Assembly: GCA_051294905.1 (NCBI GenBank)
Contig: CM119372.1
Span: 9,364,001 to 9,428,000, forward strand
From: Botryllus schlosseri
Taxonomy: Eukaryota
Direction: 5' to 3'
Length of the DNA stretch: 64,000 bases
In this document: positions 27,301 to 39,300 of the stretch, in pieces
How positions within the stretch are numbered: the stretch's first letter is position 1
Layout: each line of letters opens with the position of its first letter
Translations under genes and position numbers: made by a program
Notes under the pieces: model-generated
What the model was told of the DNA's origin: nothing
The model's database searches: none
The model's input: the letters and a program-made list of their open reading frames with translations, nothing else

Positions 27301-30300
27301 ACGGGGGTTCATGATGGTGCAAAGGGGGTCCGCGAAGACAAAGAGGTTGAGAACCGCTGCCTTAGAACCTATAAATAAGAGACACGCACATTAAACAAGA
27401 CCGAATGAGACGCCCACCTCGTTTCGGCCACCCCCAGCTTTTCCCATGGCTGCCACATATCCCATGTCGCGCAGGTACTTATAATTCAGCTCTTTGCCTC
27501 GATCGTACATGCCGCCCTTTTCCAAGAGCAGCTTCAACAGAGCGATAGGCTGCTGCGTGCCGTACGTGTCGACTTGCGGCATGTTCATGTCGTCCATAAA
27601 CACGATGAGGCGCTTGCCGGGCGGTGGGCCGTAGGTGTCCTTGGTACGTTTCTCAACATTGGCTTCGAAGTTTCGCTGTACGTCCATGGAAGTCGTACGC
27701 GATGAGAAGTTGATGTGCAGTTGGAGGTAGGCGTCCGGATCCAGGTTGCGCAGGAAATTCTAGAATAATCGTAATAATCAGAATTAGCGACAAACCGATT
27801 ATATCGGTTTGCTGATAATATCGCCGTGACAGTACAGAACTTCCATGTCACAACAAACAATATATTCATGTTGCCAAATTTATTCCACTCCAAGCTTTTC
27901 GGCTGACCGACTGACTGACTGACCGAACATCCGTAAATTATATAGATAGAATTTTGCCGTTGTGACGTTAACGGCAAGTAAACAGACTCGCGAACAGCAT
28001 ACAACAGCGGAGAGGTAACGATATAACGCAGACAATATTCACAGAGTATAGAGATGTTCTTTCTGGCAGCAGAGGATTAGCTGTTGCAGCTCTGCTAGTC
28101 ATTATTATGCCAAAATTCTTTCTATATTTCTAAATTCTCTTGGTAAAGTCTGTATATACCTGAATAGTGGCGGTCTTGGATGTACCGGTTTCGCCGACGA
28201 GTACGACGGGACGTTTGATTTGCATCATCCTCTCCAAAAGCCACGTCGTCCGCGTGGTATCGATGGTAGGAACGAGAATTTGGTTGTAATTCAACGCAGG
28301 GTCGTGGACGTATCTGCGATTTCAAACGTTGTCCATGAGACTGTCCCAAATAGGTTGCAAAATACAGTGACAAGTGACGAGAGAGAGTGACAGAGAGTTG
28401 ATCCAGTATCAATACTGATTTTAATATATTAATTATTTCATATATATATTAAAATACAAAGCTTTTTGAGCTGACACTCTTCGGGTAATCCTCAGCGAAT
28501 GAGGAATTTCAAAAACTCGAGCTTGGCCAATTACGATGGCATAGTTACATCATAAATCACTACTGAATGTAACAACGTTAGCGATACAAGTCCTGTCTTG
28601 AACGAAATGTTTGTAAAGAGAGAGAAAGAGTTTTATTACTTTGTCGACCAGATATGAATAATATATATCATATTGAAATAAAGCCTACTATTTTCGGCCG
28701 ACACTCGTCAGGGGTAATCATCACAACTAGTAGATAATTGAGAAGAACAATGTATATTAACAACATATTTGGCGATACGTTTTTTTTTATACTAGGTTTT
28801 TCTCAATTCTCTACTAGTTGCTGACTGAGTCAGCCAAAATAATTCAACAAATAAAATAAATGTGTAAAAAAACAATAACACATATCTAGCTTGATCAGTA
28901 TTGCATGGTGCCGTGATAAGATCATGACCATCTTTGTGTCAATCGTAGCCGGGCTAATAGATTGATGAAACCAATGAAGTCATAATTTATAGAATATAGG
29001 AAGAAATGTGAATGACGCCAAAGTTTTTTGCCATAACACCTTTTCGTAATCAGGTACGGACAAGTAAAATTCATGCCCGACTGCTCTTTCGGCAACATGT
29101 TTTTGAAATTCATGGCAAGATGGCGGGGACATACTTTGGAACAATCTGGCTCCATGGAATCCAGGCCGATTGCTCGACATCGAAGTGATAGTCGTACAGC
29201 GTCTGGTATCTTGAGGGAAGATCGCCTGCTTTGGCAGGACTTTTGTCGTCATCCTGCATACAAAACGCAAACACGCTTATCTTTGTTCGTCGCGAAACAC
29301 GCTCAAACCCGTACCTGAACGGCCGTCATGGCGGACGCCTTTTTGACACATTCGTCAAACTTTTCTCTACCGTCTTCAAGAAGAGACGCGCCCACCGACC
29401 AATAGAGACATTCCAGGAACAAACACTCCAACACCTTGGATAAATTGGACACGATTTAGAAATAATCACCAAAATTTGTCACTCGGCATGCTCAATCCAC
29501 TTGTGTACAAAGACATCCAAGAGTACATGAGTGACATACAGTTTACGTTTCTTAGGCAAAACTAGATCTAAAATACTTAATTTTTTACTTACCTGGACAC
29601 CACTACTAGTAATTATAATCGAGTAAAGACATAGGACACTACCGCTGCTGCTTGAGTAACAAAGATGACTACTTTGACCACCTCTTATCACCATTCCCTG
29701 ATAAATGTAACCGTCACAAGGCGATAACCAATGCGGTAGTCAAGCCACCCCACAGATTGTAAACCATTATTAAAAAGCAATTGTCCAGCTTACATTGGGG
29801 TCGTGATTTTCCATCTTGAAGTCGGCCAGTACCGCGTTCAACATCATGCACAGCTGGGTGACCATATTCAGGTTGGTCTGATGGACGATTTTCTTGAGCG
29901 GTTTGCCTTGCCTGCCGTCCAGCACGCCCTCGACCACCTGCAAACGACCAGAATGTCATGACAGGCGAATTTAAAGTCCCGACGGTGATTTACGGAAATT
30001 TATGAAATACAAGAGACTGGAATGAGATCTTGTTGTGACCCTTCTATGATAACCTACTCATCGACAGAACGTTTTCTAGGTTTTTATGCACTAAAAGCGT
30101 AAAGTCCTACAACAAAAATAAACGTTAAACACAAGTAATTCAGGAAAACATGTGCTACTCCTGGAATACACTGCGATGAGTGATCAACTAACAGACGGAC
30201 AAACAGACAAAACGATTACATGCAGAAATGAAGCTAAGGTATATTGACGACGCAGTTATCGACCAACAAGGTATACATAAACGGTCACTTACGTAATCAA

Positions 30301-33300
30301 TCGTTATCGGGATGTATTTGTCGTAAAGTTTCTGCAGCAAGTCGTCTCCTTTTGAGCCGCGTATTTTCAGCCATTTATGCCAGTAAGGGTCAAAGTTCAG
30401 ATTTTTAGGATCAACAAACACCATACCTGAAATGGCAATACACATGCAACAACGGACGGTGGTAAAAGGTACCGTGACAGAAGAAACGTACCGGCTCTGG
30501 AGACAGTGGCGGGAGAGGCGTATTGCAAATCGCCGACTTCGAAAAGCAAAGCGCAGTGAGGTTGTAAGCGAATACGTTCGCCGTTGGCGAGAGTCAGTAG
30601 CCTGTTGTCATCCATGACTGAATTCATGTTTTCAACCCATAGCGCGTCAACATCGCTATCAAACAGGATGTATCTGCAACGAATGTCAGGATTTTATTCA
30701 CAGATACCAAAGCGATTGTGTTGGCGAATAGCTTTAAGATCTATTTTTATACACGCATGGGTTATATATCTGCGTAAGCGTGGAGCAGGGGTGCTCTTTG
30801 GGTCATTCACGATCTAATCACAGGGCGCAATAGCTGAAACGCACAATATCGGCACCAATTCATGGTGTTTATTGCGAAATATATCCCGATTTGATAGCAA
30901 CGAAGCTGAAATTACGGCAGGGTAAATAGTTCTCAGCAAGTTCTCAGCTGAGTAAAATTCAGGGTTGTAACCAAGTCACAAGGCTCCGAGTCACAAGTCA
31001 ATCTCACTTTTAGAGTTTTGACTCAAGTCAAGTCGAGTCATTTTCAATTCACCACCGAGTCAAGTCCAAGTCAGTGAGCAGAGGGTCGAGTCCGAGTCAT
31101 GGTATTATGACTCGAGTCCGAGTCCAAGTCATTGTGTTGACTGCTCAGTTTCCAGTTAAAGTCTTGTTAAGCCCACTTTTTATAACTCTGTTTGGTGATA
31201 TCGAATGGTTCGCATTTATATTATACTAATTTCCGTCACTTTTAGCAGTTTCTGGTCGCATTTTCAAGTACCAGTACCAATAGACGAAATTCCAACGGTG
31301 TGGTGACTTTATTATTCTTCGAAATTACAATGAAATGTCGGTCTTGGCCGTCTGAGTCTCAAGTCATATGACTTGGTTCGAGTCATGCGCAATGACTCGA
31401 GTACAAGTCGAGTCAAAACACAGATTGACTCATGCCGAGTCGAGTCTTTTCTGTATTTTTCGAAAATGACTCGAGTAAAGTCGAGTCAACAGAAAATCGT
31501 GACTCGAGTCATTACAACCCTGATAAAATTTCACAACCAGTGATTGGTGGATCACCGTAACGTCGATAACTGCAGAGAAATCGCACACTGACAAACTGTG
31601 AGTACCCCTGGTACTTGTGTACATACCCAGTATAGATATTACATTGACATTGACGACAATCCAAACGAGCACAATGACACCTCCGGTCGTCCACATAATT
31701 GCAAACCGATGATCAAACGATATTGACAAATACTGGTATTGGCCAAAAATGTAAAACACTAGCAGATGAAACGAAACCAGCTTATTCCGATGAGAATTTA
31801 CGTAGCGGCAATGTGTTTTATTAAACGGCTGGCCGCAGGTCGAGCTATAAACATGTATTCTTCAAGCTGAAGCCAACCCCTGAGATATTTGTGAATATTT
31901 ATGCCCTTGAGCACCCCAGTAGAATTGCACACAGTGTTTTTAGTTTCGACTAAAGGCACAGAATTACAAAACACCAATCAATGGTTTCGATCTTGAATCG
32001 CAATATGAAACTGCAGTCGCGGCATGCATGAATCTGTTCATATTTAAAAATTAAAATTTAACTTCCATACCGTCTTTCTTTTTTCTCCGTCGGCCTGTTA
32101 ATCTCACGGAAAATGTTTGAGAGCACGCCGTCCGTCCAATCTCTCGTGATCGGGTCCAGAATGCCGTACAATTCGATTACGGTCATGGCTTTTGAGTTGA
32201 TGATGTACAACTTGGTGGGAAGATTCAATCTGGGAAAATAAATCCGCACGATGATCGAACATTCGCCAATTTCATCAAAAGACATTCGGCGTTTCCAGAT
32301 AATCCAACAAAACACATCTTGGGGATCCGACATTGATATTACATTGCAGTAGGCCTACAACATTGAAACGAAACAAGGGTAGCACAGGAGGATCAAGTTG
32401 AAGAAAGTTAAGCTGTGATATTCACGTCAACACTTTAAAAAATTAACGAACTTGGTCTGCGATTGACACAGGGTGTTGATGACCACAGACTTTCCGCCGC
32501 CGGTCGGCCCGACGATCATTGTTGTGTGACGCGTCATCATTGTCTCATACAATTGGACAACCTGTAAATTATTTGACAATATCGTAAAATGAGCCGGTTG
32601 TCAAGTGAAGTTGGTCCTGACCTCTCATTGCTGCGACCAAGACGGGTGTTTATGGGCAATGCAATTCAAATAAAATTGATCCTAGATTAGGGGTTTTTCA
32701 AGTAGGTGATTTCGGTTCTTGGAGACAATTTCATAAGAAAAGGAGGCTTTTATATTCGGTTCCTTCCCAAGTTGAATTTGCAATCAATGGATATTGACGC
32801 TAAAGCGATAGGCTCCAATGCATTTTCACCTCGCCAAACGTTTTCTTCACGGTGAGAGATTTGCACCCTACAGCCTACCTGGGCGTAGGCCCAAGTTCTG
32901 ATTCAAACTGTCACAAGTCAAAAGTTTGTAAACATTAGCATTTCTGCATTGAAACTGTTGAAGTATAATACAAGCAGAACTACAAATGACCTCTGGCTTT
33001 TAAGGGGGGTGATAAATTCCTGCTTGATAAGGGAGCTATCGCTCAATTCAATTGAAACTGAGTCAATCCCAGATCAAATCAAGATTAACTTGACTCCTAG
33101 CTCAAGTATCGATTAAAATCTCACCTTATCCACTTGATTCTCGAGAAACACGTAGTTGTTGTCGACCAAGTTCTGCTCCACAGCGTCGTTGAAATTGGGG
33201 TACCGCACACGCGGGCAATCCAACCCCGGAAACAGATCGCTGATCAGCCCCAAGAACAAAGGCACATCCTCGAAAATGAACTTGGGCAAGTTCATGTCAC

Positions 33301-36300
33301 GCAAAGCTCTCATGAGCACGACCTCCTCGTGCAGGTCCGGGGAGCCGCGCTTCAGATCGCCGGCCATGACCAGGACGGCCTTGAGTGCGCGCAGACCGAA
33401 ATCGTAGTGATGCTGCTTGGACAGCTGTTCTTTTGCGAGTTTGTAAAGGACGGTCATCTTTTTCGCGAGGACTTTGGCGGTCAGGAAGCCCTCGGAGAAC
33501 AGCATGATTTCGCAGATTTGTTGGAGATCGGGAACGATGACGACCACGGGCCTGTGCGGGTAGAGAAAAACAATCAATCATTTGTTCAGCGGTTCTATTT
33601 TCTCATCCATCATGTGCAACGTAGGACAAAAGAAAAAATGTGGTTTAATGAATAGATTTTAATGGAATTACATATTCATTGATAGATGGTCTTCGGCTCC
33701 ATCACTAAATATTTGGTCTACTAAAGGAGGGCGATATTTTTTGGGTACTGAAGCAATTTTACTTCTTGTATGGCACGTGTCTCTTGATCAGTTACATTTA
33801 GTGTTCTTATACTGTCCAATTCTGTTAAGTCTCGGTCACCGATGCCGTGACGCTTACTATTTGTGCTGTAAGGAGGGGATTGAATGGATGACCATCCTGT
33901 CATGTCATCCTGTCCCCGCCCAGTGCCCATGTTGATTTGACAATATTGCTTTCATAGTTTGGTGATGAGATAAATTCAATACACGATCCACTTATCAGCC
34001 TGCGATCTATCTAAGCTGCGACTGGGCAGACGTGGCATAGGCCCTTAAAAACAGCGGGCATTGATGGATTTGAACCCCAATCTAGTGTTTACTTTCCGTC
34101 AAAACTAGAAGAGAATCTCAAACTCTATTGCGTTGTTCCGCATGAGATGATTGAAGACGATAATTTGGATTCGAACGCGGTCAATCGTCACATCTTCGTT
34201 AACACAAACAGCAACCCAAATTTCCTCAACATCACATCGAATTACCGGAACAGGGCCTTTACGCTTTCCGGCAATTCTGTACGGCCGGCGTAACCAGGAT
34301 TCATCGTAATGAAAATGCCCATCCTGTCGTCGAGGGCGATTTCAGTCCCTTCAAATTGGAATCGTTTCAAGTGATGCATCAGAGCGTTGCGTATCGTTTG
34401 AACCTGGAAGCGTCAGTGAATGGAAGTTAAATAGGATTTTACCGAAGAAACGATTGAACTGTACCTGAGAGGACACGACTGACAGGACAGACGCGTCGAT
34501 CCGGTTGAATTCATCGAAGCAACCCCAAGCTCCGCATTGCGCAAGACCAGAGAAGATTTTACCCACGGCCTGGAGATAAAACAAAGTAGTACTTATTACT
34601 GACCACCTCCGGAAGCTAAAACAATGACATAGCAAATCAAAAACGACCTACCTTGAAATCCATACCCTCCCCGCAGTTGGTAACGACACAGAGCAGGCCG
34701 AGAGCTTTCGCCAAATCCTTGGTGGTCTCTACAAACAGAAGAGTAATGGAAATCCGCTATCCAACGTTGCTTTGACGGCATATTTTACCGGTCTTTCCTG
34801 TTCCAGCCGGGCCGGCCGGTGCCCCTCCCAAGTACATCGACAAGGCTTGCGTCAGAGTCAGGTAGATACGATCCGTCAGGGGTGTGATGACGAGTCGACC
34901 GTTCAAACCCATGTATTCATAACTGTGGATTAAAAAGAGACATTATGACGTGAGTACATCTGATATTGTAAATAATTTGACTTGACTAGACTTTGAATCG
35001 GGGTTGGTAGTTGGAGACTGATTTGGGACGTTTGTCGATAGTTGGGAGCAAAGGCGGTCAGAATGGCCAGTGCTCATATTGGCAAATTTATTCCATTCGA
35101 AGCTTTTCGACTGACTCTCATCAGGAGCGAACGTCAGTAAATGCTATATTTCGAATTTGATGAACAGCATTTACTGACGTTCGCTCCTGATGAGAGTCAG
35201 CCGAAAAGCTGAGAGTGGAATAAATTTGCCAATATGAACGTATTGTTTGCTGGAAATGACTAATTGCGCAATTTTCGAAAATATATTCAATTGCCGTGAT
35301 ACGGGGCTGTTTGGCCTGCTTATTATGCCAATTTCAATGTTTTGAATAATTACGTGGGATAAATATTATTTTTGTACATTAACTCAAACTTCGCTACTGA
35401 CTGTATGTGGTTAGGATTTAGAGTTAGAGTCGCACTTTCCAATTCGTTCGAATAATGAGAACGAGTCTCGACAAAATGTTCCAGGAACTCAGTCAACTCA
35501 CCCATATCCGAAAGTGCCGGTACACTGCCTGATCATGAGCTGGTCCGGCTCGCGGTCCCAATAGAACCGCAGCTGCGATTCCCACTCGAATTCCTTGGCG
35601 TCCAAAATGGAGTCTCGCACAAAGTTGTCAATGATATCGCGAGCGTGAACATCGATAATAAGCACTGAAAATGGTGGATGAAACGATATTATCGACAAAA
35701 AAAATCGGGCACACATCGGAAATAACAAAACAAGGCCAGGATAGGATTTACGAGACATGATACGACTGCATTTGAGCGAATGAAAAAATTCCCGTATACT
35801 GTCTCCGCCATCGAGACTAGATAACTACGCTTGTGATTTCGGCAATAGCTATTCAAATAACTGGTTCATGGTACAGAACTTAAAAATTGCTTCATCAAAA
35901 CGTCCATCGCAATTATACATTTATTAATTACATCTGGACTTCTCAGGCGTCTCACATCAATCCTTATCGGTACACCAAAGTAATAACGACACGCGAATTT
36001 CATGGTCTTTAATTCAGATGGTCGCACCAGGAAAGAAAAGGACGTAGTGTATTTTGTCCTTGATGTTTTTTGCGGCATATACACCGACTCATGGACACAC
36101 ATACACACGATCTGCGCGTATGCATATCATGAGTGCATGATGTGCATATGCCGCTTGACAAGGAGGGTGCAGATATAGCCTTGTATGGCTTTCTAAGTCT
36201 TGCACCACCTCTCCCAGTCATGCATGAGCGCCAAGCAGGGAAGTCATGGATACCACTTTTATTAATCAGGTCTTTGGTCTGACCCGGCCGGGGATCGGAC

Positions 36301-39300
36301 CCACGACCTACCGATCAAGAAGCCGGACGCTACACCATTACGCTATCTTGTCGTACTTTTGCCATATTGGTTTTACTTCCGAATGCATTTGAGTCCCTTT
36401 AGTGTGCCTAACTAATGATAAGAGCAGAGTTAGTCGGGGCCAGTAATAAAGCACATCTGCTTTTTCTGAGTACTATTACTTAGTACTTACTCAAGTATAT
36501 ATGAGTCGCGGCTACTCCAACTCTTACTTGACAGTTTTCAGTTTTTCGGCAAAACCTGGCTTACTTTTTTACTTACGTGGAAATCGTTGCTACTACTGCT
36601 ACTTGAATAGAAATTGATGACGTTCTACTTCTGCTTAGTAGTAGTAACAATGATGACTAGTTTGATCACCTCTGCGTAAACCGCACTAGAACGTTCTTCG
36701 AGTTATGATAATAGCAACATTGTGATAGATGTTGTGATGAAAGAAAAATCACTCACCGGAATTGAATTTTTTCCTTTCATTTTTCCCCAGGGGTTGTTGA
36801 ATTTTCGTGACGAGCGCGTCAATCTGCCCGTGCATCTGGCCGGCGTACTTTTTCATCGCCAGCTTGTCGCCTTTTTTGACCTGGTAATACAGACCGTAGA
36901 AACTCGAAACATTTCCGAACGAACGCCGGACTTACCCGTCTGAACACGTCTTCCACTTCCCAAGTCCACCAGACTTGATTGCTGGCCAGGACAACCATAC
37001 CTTGGTACTGCAACATCCAGTCAACTCGATCGCTGTTGAAGAAATGCAAAAAATATCAGAAAACGCCGCACAAACAACGAAGCAATGGCTTTATTAGAGC
37101 ACTACAGTTGAACGGCTGAACATAAGCAGAGGCGGCTAAAGTAATTAGTATTGCTTCTCAAGTAGAAATAGAAGTAATGGCGTGGATTTCGATTAATTTA
37201 TTTGAAGAGCTTCTTGGAGGTACGGAACTTCAATATACCATTGAATAATATATTCATATTGAAATGAACCCGAATATTTTCAGCTGACAGTTGTCAGGGG
37301 TAATTGTCAGCAACTAATACAGAATTGGAAAGAACGTTATATATCAATATATAAATAGAAAATGAAAGGTCTGCAATGCACACAAGTAGGTAGTTATATA
37401 AAGTATATTTGGCTGATGCATCCTATACTTTTAGAAGTAATTCAGAGACGGGCGATTTTTAAAATTGCAACATGCATCTTCGCGACAACGCAAAGTGACT
37501 GATGACAGTACAAATAGAGCAACATTCCAAAATGTCGTCCACTACAAAGATACAGGTGCCAGGTCGTTATCATATTTTCACTCGCAAGAAGTGATAGAAG
37601 CCAAATCAACACTGCTAACTACTTCACAAAAGTAAAAAAGGGAATTTGCATCAAAATCTGTTTGGTGAAAGTGGAATCAGTATAAAAACATAGCCATGTA
37701 AGTAACAGTGCAAGTAGGCAAAGCGAGCTTGAGTATTCTGAAAAAGTAGAAGTTGATCATTATTCACCTCTACTAGGTAGAAGAGACAACGTGCTAAAAA
37801 AACAGGCTCACATATTATCGCAGTAACTGAAGATGGCTTCTTTTGTTATCCTTCGGTTTGTGCTTCTCATTTCGTTCAGCACCGCAGTCATCCAGTCTTC
37901 AACGCGGCCTTCAGCAGGGACAGGCTTGATGAAATCCATGACCTGAACAGGATACAATCATGAAATTGAGGACTGAAAAAGAGGTCGACCGACTCGGTAT
38001 GAAAGGGTTCGAGATTAAGACTGAAGACGGATTTTTTCAAAGAAATCTTGACTTGGATTCGGCTTGACAGTGAGAAATTCAATGAATTTAGAAGTACGGC
38101 CATCCACGGCAATTCGAGTATTGAATGTGAATATTTTATTTGTGACAAATATGGTTTTCATACTTTCTTCCCATTGTAGCATCCTCAAAAGTCCAAACAT
38201 ATTGCAGGGAGACCAGGTAGATTCACAGAAAAGAAATGTCTATTCACAATTAATCGAGTTGCGTTATAGTGACAAAGCGTCATGCAGAAGTGATGGTCCA
38301 AAATTGCCATATTTTGTGTATCTGATAGTGTTATAACTGTGGCCACAAAAAATATCCATACTTGAACTTAGTACGTGATTTTCCATGTATAATGCGCTAA
38401 ATTTTCACGATTTTTTGCCCTGAAATCGGGGGGTGCGTATTATACATGGGAACAACACGCTTGAAAAAAAATCTCCCTCGTTAAAAAATTTGAAATCACA
38501 CCTTTCTTCATGTTTGTTTCCAATCGTACATCACTTTCAGCCATCGCACCCAGCAATCCGTATTATCAGTGTAACGCGCTGCCAATTAGCGAGAAGCGTG
38601 TTGACAATTAACTAGAGTCGCCTGCACAGCAAGCGATCTCCTGTTGAGTTGGTTTGCCGTTTGCACGCGAACGAAATTAGGTCTTTCATTGATTGCTGCA
38701 CGCTAGGGTTGTCCATAATTTGGAAAATCTAACAAATCCTCAGTTGTAATGTCATATTCGATAGATTATTGATAAAAAACGACACTGAGCCTGAAAGAAG
38801 CTCACAGAAAGGCCGTTAAGATTTCGTGCAAAGCGTTTGAAAGTAGCTGCCGAAGAATGGGCGTGCCACCGACCATAGAATGGCGAGAAGACTAGTAATT
38901 AAGAAACCACGGCTCTTGATTGGATAATCGGCTATGCTTCAATGACCACGTCAGCAGCAGCTTGCTGATTAGGTGAACAAGGAGTCTGCTACTGGCGGCG
39001 ATTCTGAAAGCGCATTGTATGTAGGTTGACAGATAATGATTTAGGATTGATTCAAGGTATCTTGAGGTACGAAATACATGATGTACAAACAACAGCTGCT
39101 TCACAAAAACGTCTAAAGCATGACCGCTTCATTGTGAAGGAAACCGCTTAGCCTATATGCCTTGTTTTCAACGAGGGAAAGCATAGGCGCTTATGCAAGT
39201 GGCAATGGATTCCTAGTTTCAGAAATAATATATCATTATTGAATACAAAGATAAAGCTTAACAATGACACTATAAGTTAGGTGATCTTATTGGGCTCAGG

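Noticed and set aside
29435..29437. AAG acceptor as a non-canonical splice site
   Set aside because: It is still an AG acceptor. AAG is uncommon but ordinary.
33134..33655. Long plus-strand ORFs opposite exons (also 7459-7878, 23098-23496, 59820-60311)
   Set aside because: They are antisense shadows of GC-rich dynein codons and coincide with exon limits.
33721..33930. 69-aa intronic ORF (MGTGRGQDD...)
   Set aside because: It has no recognisable domain and is not needed for the dynein frame.
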